A stretch of DNA of 64,000 nt. Source: Longimicrobiales bacterium (GTDB lineage: Bacteria; Gemmatimonadota; Gemmatimonadetes; Longimicrobiales; Gaopeijiaceae). The position numbers and the translations under genes were made by a program. This document shows positions 1 to 9,725 of this stretch, piece after piece. Position 1 is the first letter of the stretch. The number at the start of each line of letters is the position of its first letter. The stretch lies in assembly GCA_965238005.1 (NCBI GenBank), contig OZ250165.1, positions 3,232,001-3,296,000 on the forward strand. Reading direction: 5' to 3'. The notes beneath the pieces were generated by a model. The model had not been told where the DNA came from. It worked only from the letters and a program-made list of their open reading frames with translations, and did no database searches.

Positions 1-354
1 GGCTTTCATTCCGTCTCCGTCCCATGCAATGGCAACCCAGGAAAGCGACCTTGAAGGTCGTCGGTTCGCCCCGCCCAGGCGGCTTTGTTCCCAAATTCGT
101 CGTCGAGTGGGAGTCTGGCAATAGTGTCGAGCAGCATCCGGACCGGGTCCGGAGCCTGGTGCCGCATGGCATCTGGATGCTGCGGGACGAGGAGATCCAC
201 CGGGAACTGGTGGCTGCCACCACCAGGATCGCGGAGACCGGATCCCCCGTGCGCTGAACAGGAAAACGGTGCCGCAACACTTCCCACCTCTTCGGCTTCC
301 CCGTGAGGTCCATCATGTTGTACCGTCTCACAAGGACCTGAACCGACCTAGGCC

Positions 355-2634
355 CTACCTCTCTCCCGCCGGCACATGATCCATCAGATACCGGGTCAGG
401 AGAGAGTAGACGTGCAGGGTGGTCCCGGCGCCCTCGTAGATCCCGTGGGTCCGGTTCGGATAGGCCATCATGTCGAAGGGTTTGCCCAGCTCGATGAGAC
501 GGTTGATGAGGGCCTCCGTCCCCTGATAGTGGACGTTGTCGTCTCCGGTCCCATGAACCAAGAGGAGGCTTCCTTCCAGCCCCTGGGCATAGGTGATGGG
601 GGAGCCCCTCCGGTAGCCCTCGCTGTTGTCCTGGGGCAAGCCCATGTAGCGCTCTTGGTAGATGGTGTCGTAGAAGCGCTGGTCCGGGACCGGAGCCACG
701 GACATGCCGGTGCCGAAGATCTCCGGGTAGCGGAACATGCCGTTCAGCGTCATGGACCCCCCACCGCTCCACCCCCAGATGGCCACCCGCTCCGAGTCCA
801 GGTAGGAGCGCTCCTCCAGGAGCGCCTTCACCCCCATGGCCACGTCCCGGGAGGCAAGGGTCCCCACTTCCCCATAAACGACCTTCCGCCAGGCCCGACC
901 CTTGGGGGCCGGGGTCCCCCGGGGGTCCAGGCTAAAGACGATGTATCCCTGTTGGGTGAGATAATGGTGCCAGAGGGTGGTCATTCCGTACCAACTGTTC
1001 GTTACGGTCTGGTTCCAGGGTTCACCGTAGACGTAAACCAGGACAGGGTACTTCCGGGCAGGATCGAAGCCCGCCGGGGTCATAATCCATCCGTCCAACT
1101 CCACCCCGTCTTCTGTCTGGACCTGGAAAAACTCGGCGGAGGCGGAGCGGACCCGTTCCACACGGTCCCGAGGGCCGACATTCGATACCAGGGTCCGAAC
1201 GGCACTGTGCTGCGGCAGGCGCACCAGGGAAATGACGGGGGGAATCTCGAAAGTGGAGGTCGTGTGTATAGCCCAGTCGCCTCCCGGGGCTATCTGGTAC
1301 TTATGGGTCCCCGTGGCCTCGGCCGGGGTCAGGCGCTCGGCGGCCTCAGGATCCCCTTCCAGAGGAACCCGGAAGAGGTAGCGGGCCGTGGCATCGTCCG
1401 GAGAGGCGGTATAATAGAGCCAGCCACTGCTTTCATCGATGAGGGCGATGGAGAGGATGTCCTGCCCTGCCGGAGTCAGGGCCGTAACCTGGGATCCATC
1501 CCGGCTCACCCGGTAGGCCCGCCGCCATCCATCCCCTTCGCTCACCCAGGTAAAACTCCGGCCCCCATCGAGCCACATCAGGTCGTCCACAACGTCGACC
1601 CAAGCCTCGTCGGCATCGGTGTGGACGGTTCTGACGGCCCCGGTAGCAGCCTGCCCCAGCACGACCTGGAGCCGGTTCTGCTGCCGATTCAAATACTGGA
1701 TGACCACTTCGTCGGAAGAAGCAGCCCACTCCACCCGGGCCGGGTAGTTGTTCCGGGGATCCCCCTCCAGATCCATCCAGACCGTCTCACCCCCGATGGT
1801 CGGAACCACTCCCACCCGGGCGGCGGAGTTCGTGGTCCCTGCCTTGGGATACTGGATGGGGATGGTGTAGGAGTAGAGGGAGTCGGTGTTGTTGATGAGG
1901 AGGAAGTCCCGAATCCCCGTGGCGTCGAGCTGCCAATAGGCGATGCGGGTGCCGTCCGGGCTCCACCTGAACCCGTCCTGGAGATGGAACTCCTCCTCGT
2001 ACACCCAGTCGAAAGTGCCGTTGATGGTGGTCCGTGAGCCGTCGTCGGTCAGGGGGCTGATCGCCCCGGTGGCCAGGTTCTGGACGTAGATGTTGTGGCT
2101 CTGGACATAGGCCACCCGGGTCCCGTCCGGAGAGAACTTGGCGAACATGAGGGTGGCTTCAGGGAAGTCGGGACCCATCTGGGTGAGGGTTCCGGCCTCC
2201 CGATCCAGTACCCAGTAATCCCCCCGGGTGTTGTCTCGCCATACCCGGCGAGTGTTGGTGTAGATGAGGACCTTGGATCCGTCTGAAGACCATTCATACC
2301 CCTCCACGGCCACAGGCCGGGTCGACCCAGAGGGTATCAGCTCGGAGGCCGGGATCAGGACCTCCGTCCCCCCCGACTCCGCCTCATAGGCCACGATGTC
2401 CACCCCTCCCCGGAGCTGCCTTGAGGCCTCCAGAGTGGTGTACCGCCCGTCCCGCAACCACCGGGCGGGCCCGAATCCCTCTTCCAAGAACTCCGCCGAG
2501 GTGAACAGGCGCTCCAGGGTCAGTGCCTCCTCCTGGGCCGCGGAGGCCAAGGGGGCGCACACGACCAGGAGCGTGAGGAGCAGGAGAGTCCTGGCCCGGA
2601 CGGGGAATGGCGTGCGAGAGACGGAGACACTCAC
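355..2634 (-). CDS. S9B dipeptidyl-peptidase IV-like serine peptidase (secreted)
   Basis: Signal peptide, DWVYEEE double-Glu motif, GWSGGG nucleophile, HGTGDDNVH Asp, NRTH His. Start moved to GTG 2634 behind an AGGAAAGGA SD-like sequence. Confidence 0.93.
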   Translation of the reverse strand: MSVSVSRTPFPVRARTLLLLTLLVVCAPLASAAQEEALTLERLFTSAEFLEEGFGPARWLRDGRYTTLEASRQLRGGVDIVAYEAESGGTEVLIPASELIPSGSTRPVAVEGYEWSSDGSKVLIYTNTRRVWRDNTRGDYWVLDREAGTLTQMGPDFPEATLMFAKFSPDGTRVAYVQSHNIYVQNLATGAISPLTDDGSRTTINGTFDWVYEEEFHLQDGFRWSPDGTRIAYWQLDATGIRDFLLINNTDSLYSYTIPIQYPKAGTTNSAARVGVVPTIGGETVWMDLEGDPRNNYPARVEWAASSDEVVIQYLNRQQNRLQVVLGQAATGAVRTVHTDADEAWVDVVDDLMWLDGGRSFTWVSEGDGWRRAYRVSRDGSQVTALTPAGQDILSIALIDESSGWLYYTASPDDATARYLFRVPLEGDPEAAERLTPAEATGTHKYQIAPGGDWAIHTTSTFEIPPVISLVRLPQHSAVRTLVSNVGPRDRVERVRSASAEFFQVQTEDGVELDGWIMTPAGFDPARKYPVLVYVYGEPWNQTVTNSWYGMTTLWHHYLTQQGYIVFSLDPRGTPAPKGRAWRKVVYGEVGTLASRDVAMGVKALLEERSYLDSERVAIWGWSGGGSMTLNGMFRYPEIFGTGMSVAPVPDQRFYDTIYQERYMGLPQDNSEGYRRGSPITYAQGLEGSLLLVHGTGDDNVHYQGTEALINRLIELGKPFDMMAYPNRTHGIYEGAGTTLHVYSLLTRYLMDHVPAGER

Positions 2635-2820
2635 GGTTCTTCCTTTCCTGGGGAGTTCACAAAACACGCATCATCGGTCCCGGCCAGATATCCCGCAATG
2701 CTTTCCATGGGGTATAGGGCCGAAATTGGATATGGTGGCCATCCATCCTGAAATAACTGCGACGAAGGCCTGCTATTCGGGCCCGTACGTATACTCACGA
2801 TATAAAGATACGTATACCTC

Positions 2821-2935
2821 TCCGAAGAGGAACTCGGAAGGCCGGACACCCAAAGGAGCTGTGGCTGGCGAAAACCCAGTCCACCCTGAGATCATTGATC
2901 GTACGGTCCGTCTCGGAAGGCGGTTTCGAGGGTGC
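2821..2935. repeat. Copy 1 (most diverged) of a ~120 bp non-coding element, possibly an IS end
   Basis: CCGAAGAGGAACTCGGAAGG...CCTGAGATCATTGATC...CCGTCTCGGAAG also occurs at ~5686 and ~8922. Confidence 0.75.
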
Positions 2936-2951
2936 GCATTACACGACGGAC

Positions 2952-2990
2952 ATGACCCGACCCCCTCCACTGTCTCCCGCTCGGGCGCCG
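2952..2990 (+). pseudogene. IS91-family transposase extreme C-terminal remnant
   Basis: Translates to TRPPPLSPARAP, resembling the Pro-rich tail of IS91/ISCR-type transposases. Very short. Confidence 0.45.
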
Positions 2991-3016
2991 CGGGCACCGC
3001 GCAAAGCGTGGTCGGG

Positions 3017-5326
3017 TCACTGCCCCCCGGGCGGGAGATGCTCGAGCCAATACCGTGACATGAGCCGGAAGAGATGCGGCCGGGTCTCTTCTCCTGCCCT
3101 CATCCCATGATTGCGGTTGGGGTACAGCATGTACTCGAACGGCTTGCCTAGCTCGATGAGCCGATTCACCAGATGCTCGACGATCTGAATATGGGTGTTG
3201 GTCTCGCCCGAGCCGTGCACGATGAGGAGGCGCCCCCTCAACCCTTCGGCATAGTAGAGCGGAGCGGCGACGCGGTACCCCTCGGGATTCTCCTCGGGCG
3301 TCCGCATGAAGATCTCCTGGTACCACGCGTTGTACAGATCTGCTTGTGGCTTCGGCACGACGGCGATGCCGACGTGATACTGATCCGGCTTTCTGAAGAG
3401 CGCGTTCAAGGTGTTCGTGCCGCCGCCGCTCCACCCCCAGATCCCCACGCGTGACAAATCGACGTAAGAGCGCGTGCGGCCCAGCTCGCGAAGTCCGTCC
3501 GCCTGTTCTTCCGTCGACAGCGGACCCAAGCTTCCGAAGACCGCCCGGCGCCATGCCGCACCCTTGGGCACGGGCGTTCCCCGATTGTCCATCGTGACCA
3601 CGAGGTACCCTTCGTCGGCGAGGGCATGGTGGTAGAGGCTGTGGTCCTGGGTGGAGCCTGTGGCCGTGCTGAGCCATTCATCCAGGACTCTCTGCCCCGC
3701 AGGCTCTCCGTAGACGAAGACGACCACGGGGTATTTCTTGCCCGCATCGAAGTCCCGGGGCTTGATCATCAGCGCGTCCATCACGACACCGTTCCCGATG
3801 TCCAGCGTGAAGAACTCGGTCGGGCCGGCGATCCACGCTTTCAACTTCTCACGAAGCGCGGCGTTGTCCTCCAGCACGCGCACGGTGCGGTGCGCCGGCA
3901 GCTCGATCAGCTCGAACACCGGCGGCGTGTCGAAGGTCGAGTATGTATGGACGGCAAAGCGGGCGTCGGGTGAGAAATCGTAGCTGTGCGTTCCGGGCTG
4001 ATCTTCCGGCGTCACCCGCTCAGCGTCTCCAGTCGCATCCAGGCGCACGCGATAGAGATACTTCTGGGTGCCGTCGTCGGGTGACGCATGGTAATAGAGC
4101 CAGCCGCCCTCCTCGTCGATCGTTCCCTTCCCGCGCGTCACGATGTCGTGCGCACCGCGAGTGAGCAGCGTCTCCTTCCTGCCGTCGCGCGAGATGAGAT
4201 ACGCATGCCGCCAGCCATCCTTCTCGCTCACCAGCACGAACGCCTGCCCGTCGTCGCCCAACCAGTCGACGCCGCCGTTCGTCTGGTCACTGCTGTCCAC
4301 CCAAGCCGAGTCGGCTTCTTGGTAGGCGCTACTGACCCTGCCGGTTCGAACGTTGGCGAACAGCACATTGCGCCGATCGCGCGCTCGGGATAGCTGCTCC
4401 ACGACGAGCTCCTCGGAGCTCCCCGCCCAATCGAGGCTTCTCAGGAAGAACGTTCCTGGCTGGCCTGGAAGAGCCATCCAACGGGTCGGGCCGCCGTCGG
4501 CGCTCACCACACCCAGGCGCAGTTTCGCGATCGGAGTTCCCACCTTCGGAAAGCGCAAATACTCTGCAACCGGATACAGGCTCTCCGTATAGTTGATGCG
4601 CGGGAACACCCCGACCTCGCGCGAGTCCACCTGAATGTAGGCGATCTGCTCGCTGTCAGGGCTCCAGCGCACACCGCCTCCAGGCCCCCAGTCGCTGACG
4701 CCATTGCCCAACGATCCGGGCATCCCGTCGTGCGTGAGTCTGGTATTCCGGCCACTCGACACGTCATGGACGTACAGATTGTGCCCATGGATGTAGAGGA
4801 CACGCCGGCCATCGGGAGAAAGCGCATCCCCCACCCGGCAGGACGCGACTCCGGACAGGACCATCCGCAATTCTGTGGACTCCAGATCGAGCAACCAACA
4901 ATCGCTGACCGGGCCGCCGTCCGGCAGCTCGCGCGTGTTCGCTTGGAGAAGTAGGCGCCGCCCATTCGGCGAGAGCCCGAAATCTTCGATGACGAGGGGC
5001 CCGGATGTGCCGGATGGGACTAGCTGCGACGAGGACCGGATCACCTCGCGTGTGCCGCTGGCGGCATCATAGCGCACGAGCTCCTGCGCCCCGTCGGAGG
5101 TGGCCTCGAGCGTGAGAAGGCCGGATCCATCCGGAAGCCAAAGCGCCGATGGACGTTTGGCCTCCATCTCGTTCGTCTCATAGATCGCACGGATCCGTGC
5201 ATCCAGCTCCGCAGGCAGCTCGGGAGAAGGAACGATCGCCGGTGATCCGCCGCCGCACGCGAGGAGAAGAGAGCAGCACGACAGCACGAACGCGGTCAGC
5301 GTGGTCCTGCGGGGACATGGGGACAT
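3017..5326 (-). CDS. S9/DPP-IV-like peptidase lipoprotein, copy A (atypical)
   Basis: Lipobox LLAC, beta-propeller region, GWSGGG, HGSGETNTH, NRNH. Confidence 0.92.
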   Translation of the reverse strand: MSPCPRRTTLTAFVLSCCSLLLACGGGSPAIVPSPELPAELDARIRAIYETNEMEAKRPSALWLPDGSGLLTLEATSDGAQELVRYDAASGTREVIRSSSQLVPSGTSGPLVIEDFGLSPNGRRLLLQANTRELPDGGPVSDCWLLDLESTELRMVLSGVASCRVGDALSPDGRRVLYIHGHNLYVHDVSSGRNTRLTHDGMPGSLGNGVSDWGPGGGVRWSPDSEQIAYIQVDSREVGVFPRINYTESLYPVAEYLRFPKVGTPIAKLRLGVVSADGGPTRWMALPGQPGTFFLRSLDWAGSSEELVVEQLSRARDRRNVLFANVRTGRVSSAYQEADSAWVDSSDQTNGGVDWLGDDGQAFVLVSEKDGWRHAYLISRDGRKETLLTRGAHDIVTRGKGTIDEEGGWLYYHASPDDGTQKYLYRVRLDATGDAERVTPEDQPGTHSYDFSPDARFAVHTYSTFDTPPVFELIELPAHRTVRVLEDNAALREKLKAWIAGPTEFFTLDIGNGVVMDALMIKPRDFDAGKKYPVVVFVYGEPAGQRVLDEWLSTATGSTQDHSLYHHALADEGYLVVTMDNRGTPVPKGAAWRRAVFGSLGPLSTEEQADGLRELGRTRSYVDLSRVGIWGWSGGGTNTLNALFRKPDQYHVGIAVVPKPQADLYNAWYQEIFMRTPEENPEGYRVAAPLYYAEGLRGRLLIVHGSGETNTHIQIVEHLVNRLIELGKPFEYMLYPNRNHGMRAGEETRPHLFRLMSRYWLEHLPPGGQ

Positions 5327-5534
5327 CGCTAGGCACCTCCCTCACGACAGATGGGCAGCAAAGCTTTCGGCGGCCAGCGACCCGGCCGCGCCGTCGCTGT
5401 CAGAATAGCTCGAGGTATGTAACGGCCGCTTTGCGGCCGCATGCTTTCAGATTCGCTGAGGCCGATCTTCTTGTCCCCGAAGCCTCGCCCGAAATGTGGT
5501 GCCTGACAGCCAATAAAATGAAGAAGACCAACAG

Positions 5535-5670
5535 TGTTAGCGGCGGGTGAAAATTTCCCGGAATCGGCGGGCGAAAATGTCGCACCGTCACGGTTCCGGG
5601 TCGCCGGTTGATCGTTCCCGCTTGTCTCACTCGTAGGTAATGGCTGCCGCGCGACCGATGCTTCACCTTC
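5535..5670 (-). mobile_element. IS21-family right end with degenerate istB 3' remnant
   Basis: TGTTAGCGGCGGGTGAAAATTTCCCG...GGCGGGCGAAAATGTCGCACC has the TG terminus and repeated GAAAAT motif of IS21 ends. The adjacent minus frame RGSHYLRVRQAG resembles the IstB C-terminus. Confidence 0.65.
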
Positions 5671-5685
5671 GGCCTCCCTCGCATC

Positions 5686-5815
5686 ATACGCATCCGAAGA
5701 GGAACTCGGAAGGGCGGATACCCGGATACCCGAGGGAGGCTGTGGGTGGCGAAGACCCCGTCCGCCCTGAGATCATTGATCCTACGCTCCGTCTCGGAAG
5801 ACGGCTCCGAGGTGT
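5686..5815. repeat. Copy 2 of the ~120 bp element (start resembles an IS66-type terminus)
   Basis: ATACGCATCCGAAGAGGAACTCGGAAGG...; repeat seen directly, family assignment tentative. Confidence 0.7.
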
Positions 5816-5897
5816 GAGTGGGGAGCAACTCCGAAGGCACGGTGTGTGCGGAGCTCCAGGTGTGGCGTGAGCCACTCCGGGCCGGCGTACTTCCTCG

Positions 5898-6224
5898 CGC
5901 TGGGCCTCCCTCATCGCGCGCATCTACGATGTCCTGCCGCTCGTCTGCCCGGGGCACCGCGCGAAGCGTGGTCGGGCCTGTTCGCGTTCGATCAGTCGCT
6001 GCCTGACTGAGAGCACACCCCAGGCCTTTGTCCCTTTGGTTTGAGAGTCCACCCCACTCACCCACCGCCGCCCATCTACGCATGCGTTCTTCCCATTCGA
6101 GCATCGCGAATGTCTGAGCGCGCGCTCGATCGTCGAGCGCTGGCGTGAGACCTCATGTCGGCCGGGTCTGGTCCTCCCCCCCACGTTATCGCGACCCGTC
6201 AAAGGGCTTTTGTTTTACCTATCC
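5898..6224 (+). mobile_element. IS91/ISCR-like 3' end: transposase remnant plus putative oriIS
   Basis: 5898-5951 encodes RWASLIARIYDVLPLVCP, the conserved C-terminal WA..ARIYEV.PL.CP motif. 6204-6224 GGGCTTTTGTTTTACCTATCC resembles oriIS ends (..TTCCTATACC). Confidence 0.6.
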
Positions 6225-6261
6225 TTTCAAGGGAGCAGATGGAAGGTGCGTATCATCGAGG

Positions 6262-8562
6262 TCACCTCCCGCCGGGCGGGAGATGCTCGAGCCAGTACCG
6301 TGACATGCGCCGGAAGAGATGCGGCCGGGTCTCTTCTCCTTCCCTCATCCCATGATTGCGGTTGGGGTACAACATGTACTCGAACGGCTTGCCTAGCTCG
6401 ATGAGCCGATTCACCAGATGCTCGATGATCTGAATATGGGTGTTGGTCTCGCCCGAGCCGTGCACGATGAGGAGGCGCCCCTTCAACCCTTCGGCATAGT
6501 AGAGCGGAGCGGCGACCCGGTACCCCTCGGGATTCTCCTCGGGCGTCCGCATGAAGATCTCCTGGTAGCGCGCGTTGTACAGATCTGCTTGTGGCTTCGG
6601 CACGACGGCGATGCCGACGTGATACTGATCCGGCTTTCTGAAGAGCGCGTTCAAGGTGTTCGTGCCGCCGCCGCTCCACCCCCAGATCCCCACGCGTGAC
6701 AAATCGACGTAAGAGCGCGTGCGGCCCAGCTCGCGAAGTCCGTCCGCCTGTTCTTCCGTCGACAGCGGACCCAAGCTTCCGAAGACCGCCCGGCGCCATG
6801 CCGCACCCTTGGGCGCGGGCGTTCCCCGATTGTCCATCGAGACCACGAGGTACCCTTGGTCGACGAGGGCACGGTGGTAGAGGCTGTGGCCCTGCTGACC
6901 TCTTCCCCAGTCATCCAGGACTGTCTGCCCCGCAGGCTCTCCGTAGACGAAGACGACCACGGGGTATTTCTTGCCCGCATCGAAGTCCCGGGGCTTGATC
7001 ATCAGCGCGTCCATCACGACACCGTTCCCGATGTCCAGCGTGAAGAACTCGGTCGGGCCGGCGATCCACGCTTTCAACTTCTCACGAAGCGCGGCGTTGT
7101 CCTCCAGCACGCGCACGGTGCGGTGCGCCGGCAGCTCGATCAGCTCGAACACCGGCGGCGTGTCGAAGGTCGAGTATGTATGGACGGCAAAGCGGGCGTC
7201 GGGTGAGAAATCGTAGCTGTGCGTTCCGGGCTGATCTTCCGGCGTCACCCGCTCAGCGTCTCCAGTCGCATCCAGGCGCACGCGATAGAGATACTTCTGG
7301 GCGCCGTCGTCGGGTGACGCATGGTAATAGAGCCAGCCGCCCTCCTCGTCGATCGTTCCCTTCCCGCGCGTCACGATGTCGTGCGCACCGCGAGTGAGCA
7401 GTGTCTCCTTCCTGCCGTCGCGCGAGATGAGATACGCATGCCGCCAGCCATCCTTCTCGCTCACCAGCACGAACGCCTGCCCGTCGCCCAACCAGTCGAT
7501 GCCGCCGTTCGTCCCGTCGCTGCTGTCCACCCAAGCCGAGTCGGCTTCTTGGTAGGCGCTACTGACCCTGCCGGTTCGAACGTTGGCGAACAGCACATTG
7601 CGCCGATCACGCGCTCGGGATAGCTGCTCCACGACGAGCTCCTCCGAGCTCCCCGCCCAATCGAGGCCTCTGAGGTAGAAGTCTCCTGGCTGGCCTGGAA
7701 GAGCCATCCAACGGGTCGGGCCGCCGTCGGCGCTCACCACACCCAGGCGCAGTTTCGGGATCGGAGTTCCCACCTTCGGAAAGCGCAAATACTCTGCAAC
7801 CGGATACAGGCTCTCCGTATAGTTGATGCGCGGGAACATCCCGACCTCGCGCGAGTCCACCTGAATGTAGGCGATCTGCTCGCTGTCAGGGCTCCAGCGC
7901 ACTTCGCCTCCACGACCCCCCCAGTCGCTGACGCCATTGCCCAACGATCCGGGCATCCCGTCGTGCGTGAGTCTGATATTCCGGCCACTCGACACGTCAT
8001 GGACGTACAGATTGTGCCCATGGATGTAGAGGACACGCCGGCCATCGGGAGAAAGCGCATCCCCCACCCGGCAGGACGCGACTCCGGACAGGACCATCCG
8101 CAATTCTGTAGACTCCAGATCGAGCAACCAACAATCGCTGACCGGGCCGCCGTCCGGCAGTTCGCGCGTGTTCGCTTGGAGAAGTAGGCGCCGCCCATTC
8201 GGCGAGAGCCCGAAATCGTCGATGACGAGGGGCCCGGATGTGCCGGATGGGACTAGCTGCGACGAGGACCGGATCACCTCGCGTGTGCCGCTGGCGGCAT
8301 CATAGCGCACGAGCTCCTGCGCCCCGTCGGAGGTGGCCTCGAGCACGAGAAGGCCGGATCCATCCGGAAGCCAAAGCTGCGATAGAGGACTTTCGGCCTG
8401 CATCTCGTTCGTCTCATAGATCGCACGGATCCTTGCATCCAGCTCCGGAGGCAGCTCGGGAGAAGGAACGGTCGCCGGTGATCCGCCGCCGCACGCGAGG
8501 AGAAGAGAGCAGCACGACAGCACGAACGCGGTCAGCGTAGCCCTGCGGGCACAAGAGGACAT
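6262..8562 (-). CDS. S9/DPP-IV-like peptidase lipoprotein, copy B (atypical)
   Basis: Near-identical paralogue of 3017-5326 with the same GWSGGG, HGSGETNTH and NRNH motifs. Confidence 0.92.
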   Translation of the reverse strand: MSSCARRATLTAFVLSCCSLLLACGGGSPATVPSPELPPELDARIRAIYETNEMQAESPLSQLWLPDGSGLLVLEATSDGAQELVRYDAASGTREVIRSSSQLVPSGTSGPLVIDDFGLSPNGRRLLLQANTRELPDGGPVSDCWLLDLESTELRMVLSGVASCRVGDALSPDGRRVLYIHGHNLYVHDVSSGRNIRLTHDGMPGSLGNGVSDWGGRGGEVRWSPDSEQIAYIQVDSREVGMFPRINYTESLYPVAEYLRFPKVGTPIPKLRLGVVSADGGPTRWMALPGQPGDFYLRGLDWAGSSEELVVEQLSRARDRRNVLFANVRTGRVSSAYQEADSAWVDSSDGTNGGIDWLGDGQAFVLVSEKDGWRHAYLISRDGRKETLLTRGAHDIVTRGKGTIDEEGGWLYYHASPDDGAQKYLYRVRLDATGDAERVTPEDQPGTHSYDFSPDARFAVHTYSTFDTPPVFELIELPAHRTVRVLEDNAALREKLKAWIAGPTEFFTLDIGNGVVMDALMIKPRDFDAGKKYPVVVFVYGEPAGQTVLDDWGRGQQGHSLYHRALVDQGYLVVSMDNRGTPAPKGAAWRRAVFGSLGPLSTEEQADGLRELGRTRSYVDLSRVGIWGWSGGGTNTLNALFRKPDQYHVGIAVVPKPQADLYNARYQEIFMRTPEENPEGYRVAAPLYYAEGLKGRLLIVHGSGETNTHIQIIEHLVNRLIELGKPFEYMLYPNRNHGMREGEETRPHLFRRMSRYWLEHLPPGGR

Positions 8563-8770
8563 TGCTAGGCACCTCCCTCACGACAGATGGGCAGCGAACG
8601 TTTCGGCGGCCAGCGACCAGGCCGCGCCGTCGCTGTCAGAATAGCTCGAGGTATGTAACGGCCGCTTTGCGGCCGCATGCTTTCAGATTCGCTCAGGCCG
8701 ATCTTCTTGTCCCCGAAGCCTCGCCCGAAATGTGGTGCCTGACAGCCAATAAAATGAAGAAGACCAACAG

Positions 8771-8905
8771 TGTTAGCGGCGGGTGAAAATTTCCCGGAAT
8801 CGGCGGGCGAAAATGTCGCACCGTCACGGTTCCGGGTCGCCGGTTGATCGTTCCCGCTTGTCTCACTCGTAGGTAGTGGCTGCCGTGCGACCGATGCTTC
8901 ACGTT
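8771..8905 (-). mobile_element. IS21-family end, duplicate of 5535-5670
   Basis: Same TGTTAGCGGCGGGTGAAAATTTCCCG sequence. Confidence 0.65.
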
Positions 8906-8921
8906 CGGCCTCCCTCGCATC

Positions 8922-9050
8922 ATACGCATCCGAAGAGAAACTCGGAAGGGCAGATACCCGGATACCCGAAGGAGGCTGTGGGTGGTGAAGACCCCGTCCG
9001 CCCGAGATCATTGATCCTACGCTCCATCTCGGAAGACGGTTCCGAGGTGT
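8922..9050. repeat. Copy 3 of the ~120 bp element
   Basis: ATACGCATCCGAAGAGAAACTCGGAAGG...GAGATCATTGATCC. Confidence 0.7.
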
Positions 9051-9084
9051 GAGTGGGGAGCAACTCCGAGGGCACGGTGTGTAT

Positions 9085-9195
9085 CTCACCCCATCCGACT
9101 GGGGCAAACTCCAGCACACGGTGCGCCACCGCGTACTCCGGTACTTCCACCGCCACGGTCTGCTCGAACGCCACGTCACCGATGACATGCTCGCC
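9085..9195 (+). pseudogene. IS91-family transposase internal remnant
   Basis: LTPSDWGKLQHTVRHRVLRYFHRHGLLERHVTDDMLA, typical of the Y2-transposase middle region. Confidence 0.65.
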
Positions 9196-9209
9196 TTATA
9201 GCTATGCCG

Positions 9210-9651
9210 AAGTCTTTCCACTGCGAGGAGAGGTCTCTATCCAGCTCCCGCAGCAGGTTGTGGGAAACGCCGCCGAGGGCCAGGATGGGCCGTCAGGATC
9301 TTTGCGCCAGATGGAGTTGAATCGGCCGACCACCTACGCCGAGTTTATCCCGCCTTTCACCGATTCGCTGCCGGCCCCCGGTGGAGCCTTTGGGTACAAC
9401 GTGTGCGAATGCCGAGTGAGATGCCCGAAGAGGCGCGCGGCGCTATTGGAAGACTCTTGCTGAACCCCGAAGTGCTGGTGGCGAATCCCCGCCTGCCAAT
9501 TGGTTCTCCTGACTGGGAAGTGTTAGATGCCGACGGACGATTCCTCGGTGTCGTCACATTGCCAAACCGGTTCGAGGCGATGCAGTTTGTGGGAGACGCT
9601 GTATATGGGGTCTGGCGGGATGGGGGGTGGTGGATGTGGAGTTTGTTGTGA
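9210..9651 (+). pseudogene. C-terminal remnant of a 6-bladed beta-propeller protein
   Basis: WEVLDADGRFLGVVTLP...DAVYGVWRD; frameshifted and lacking an N-terminus. Confidence 0.55.
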
Positions 9652-9725
9652 GGCTGGTGATTAGTTCGACTTGGTTCGATTCTACCGCATAAGTTCGACG
9701 GCCTACAGCCGAAGGGGAATAATGG

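Larger units (their letters stand above)
3027..5847. repeat. ~2.8 kb direct duplication, unit A (S9 gene, upstream region and IS ends)
   Basis: Long identical stretches with 6272-9082; homology ends at GGCACGGTGTGT in both units. Confidence 0.95.
6272..9082. repeat. ~2.8 kb direct duplication, unit B
   Basis: Aligns by eye with 3027-5847. Confidence 0.95.

Noticed and set aside
1..257. Short + strand ORF at the window start
   Set aside because: Possibly the tail of a gene fragment, but nothing is recognisable.
376..2037. Long ORFs antisense to or frame-shifted against real genes (e.g. 376-2037, 10344-11627, 13019-14404, 31042-32742, 33153-34697, 39572-41119)
   Set aside because: Shadow ORFs expected from high-GC codon bias; no motifs, and they overlap well-supported genes.
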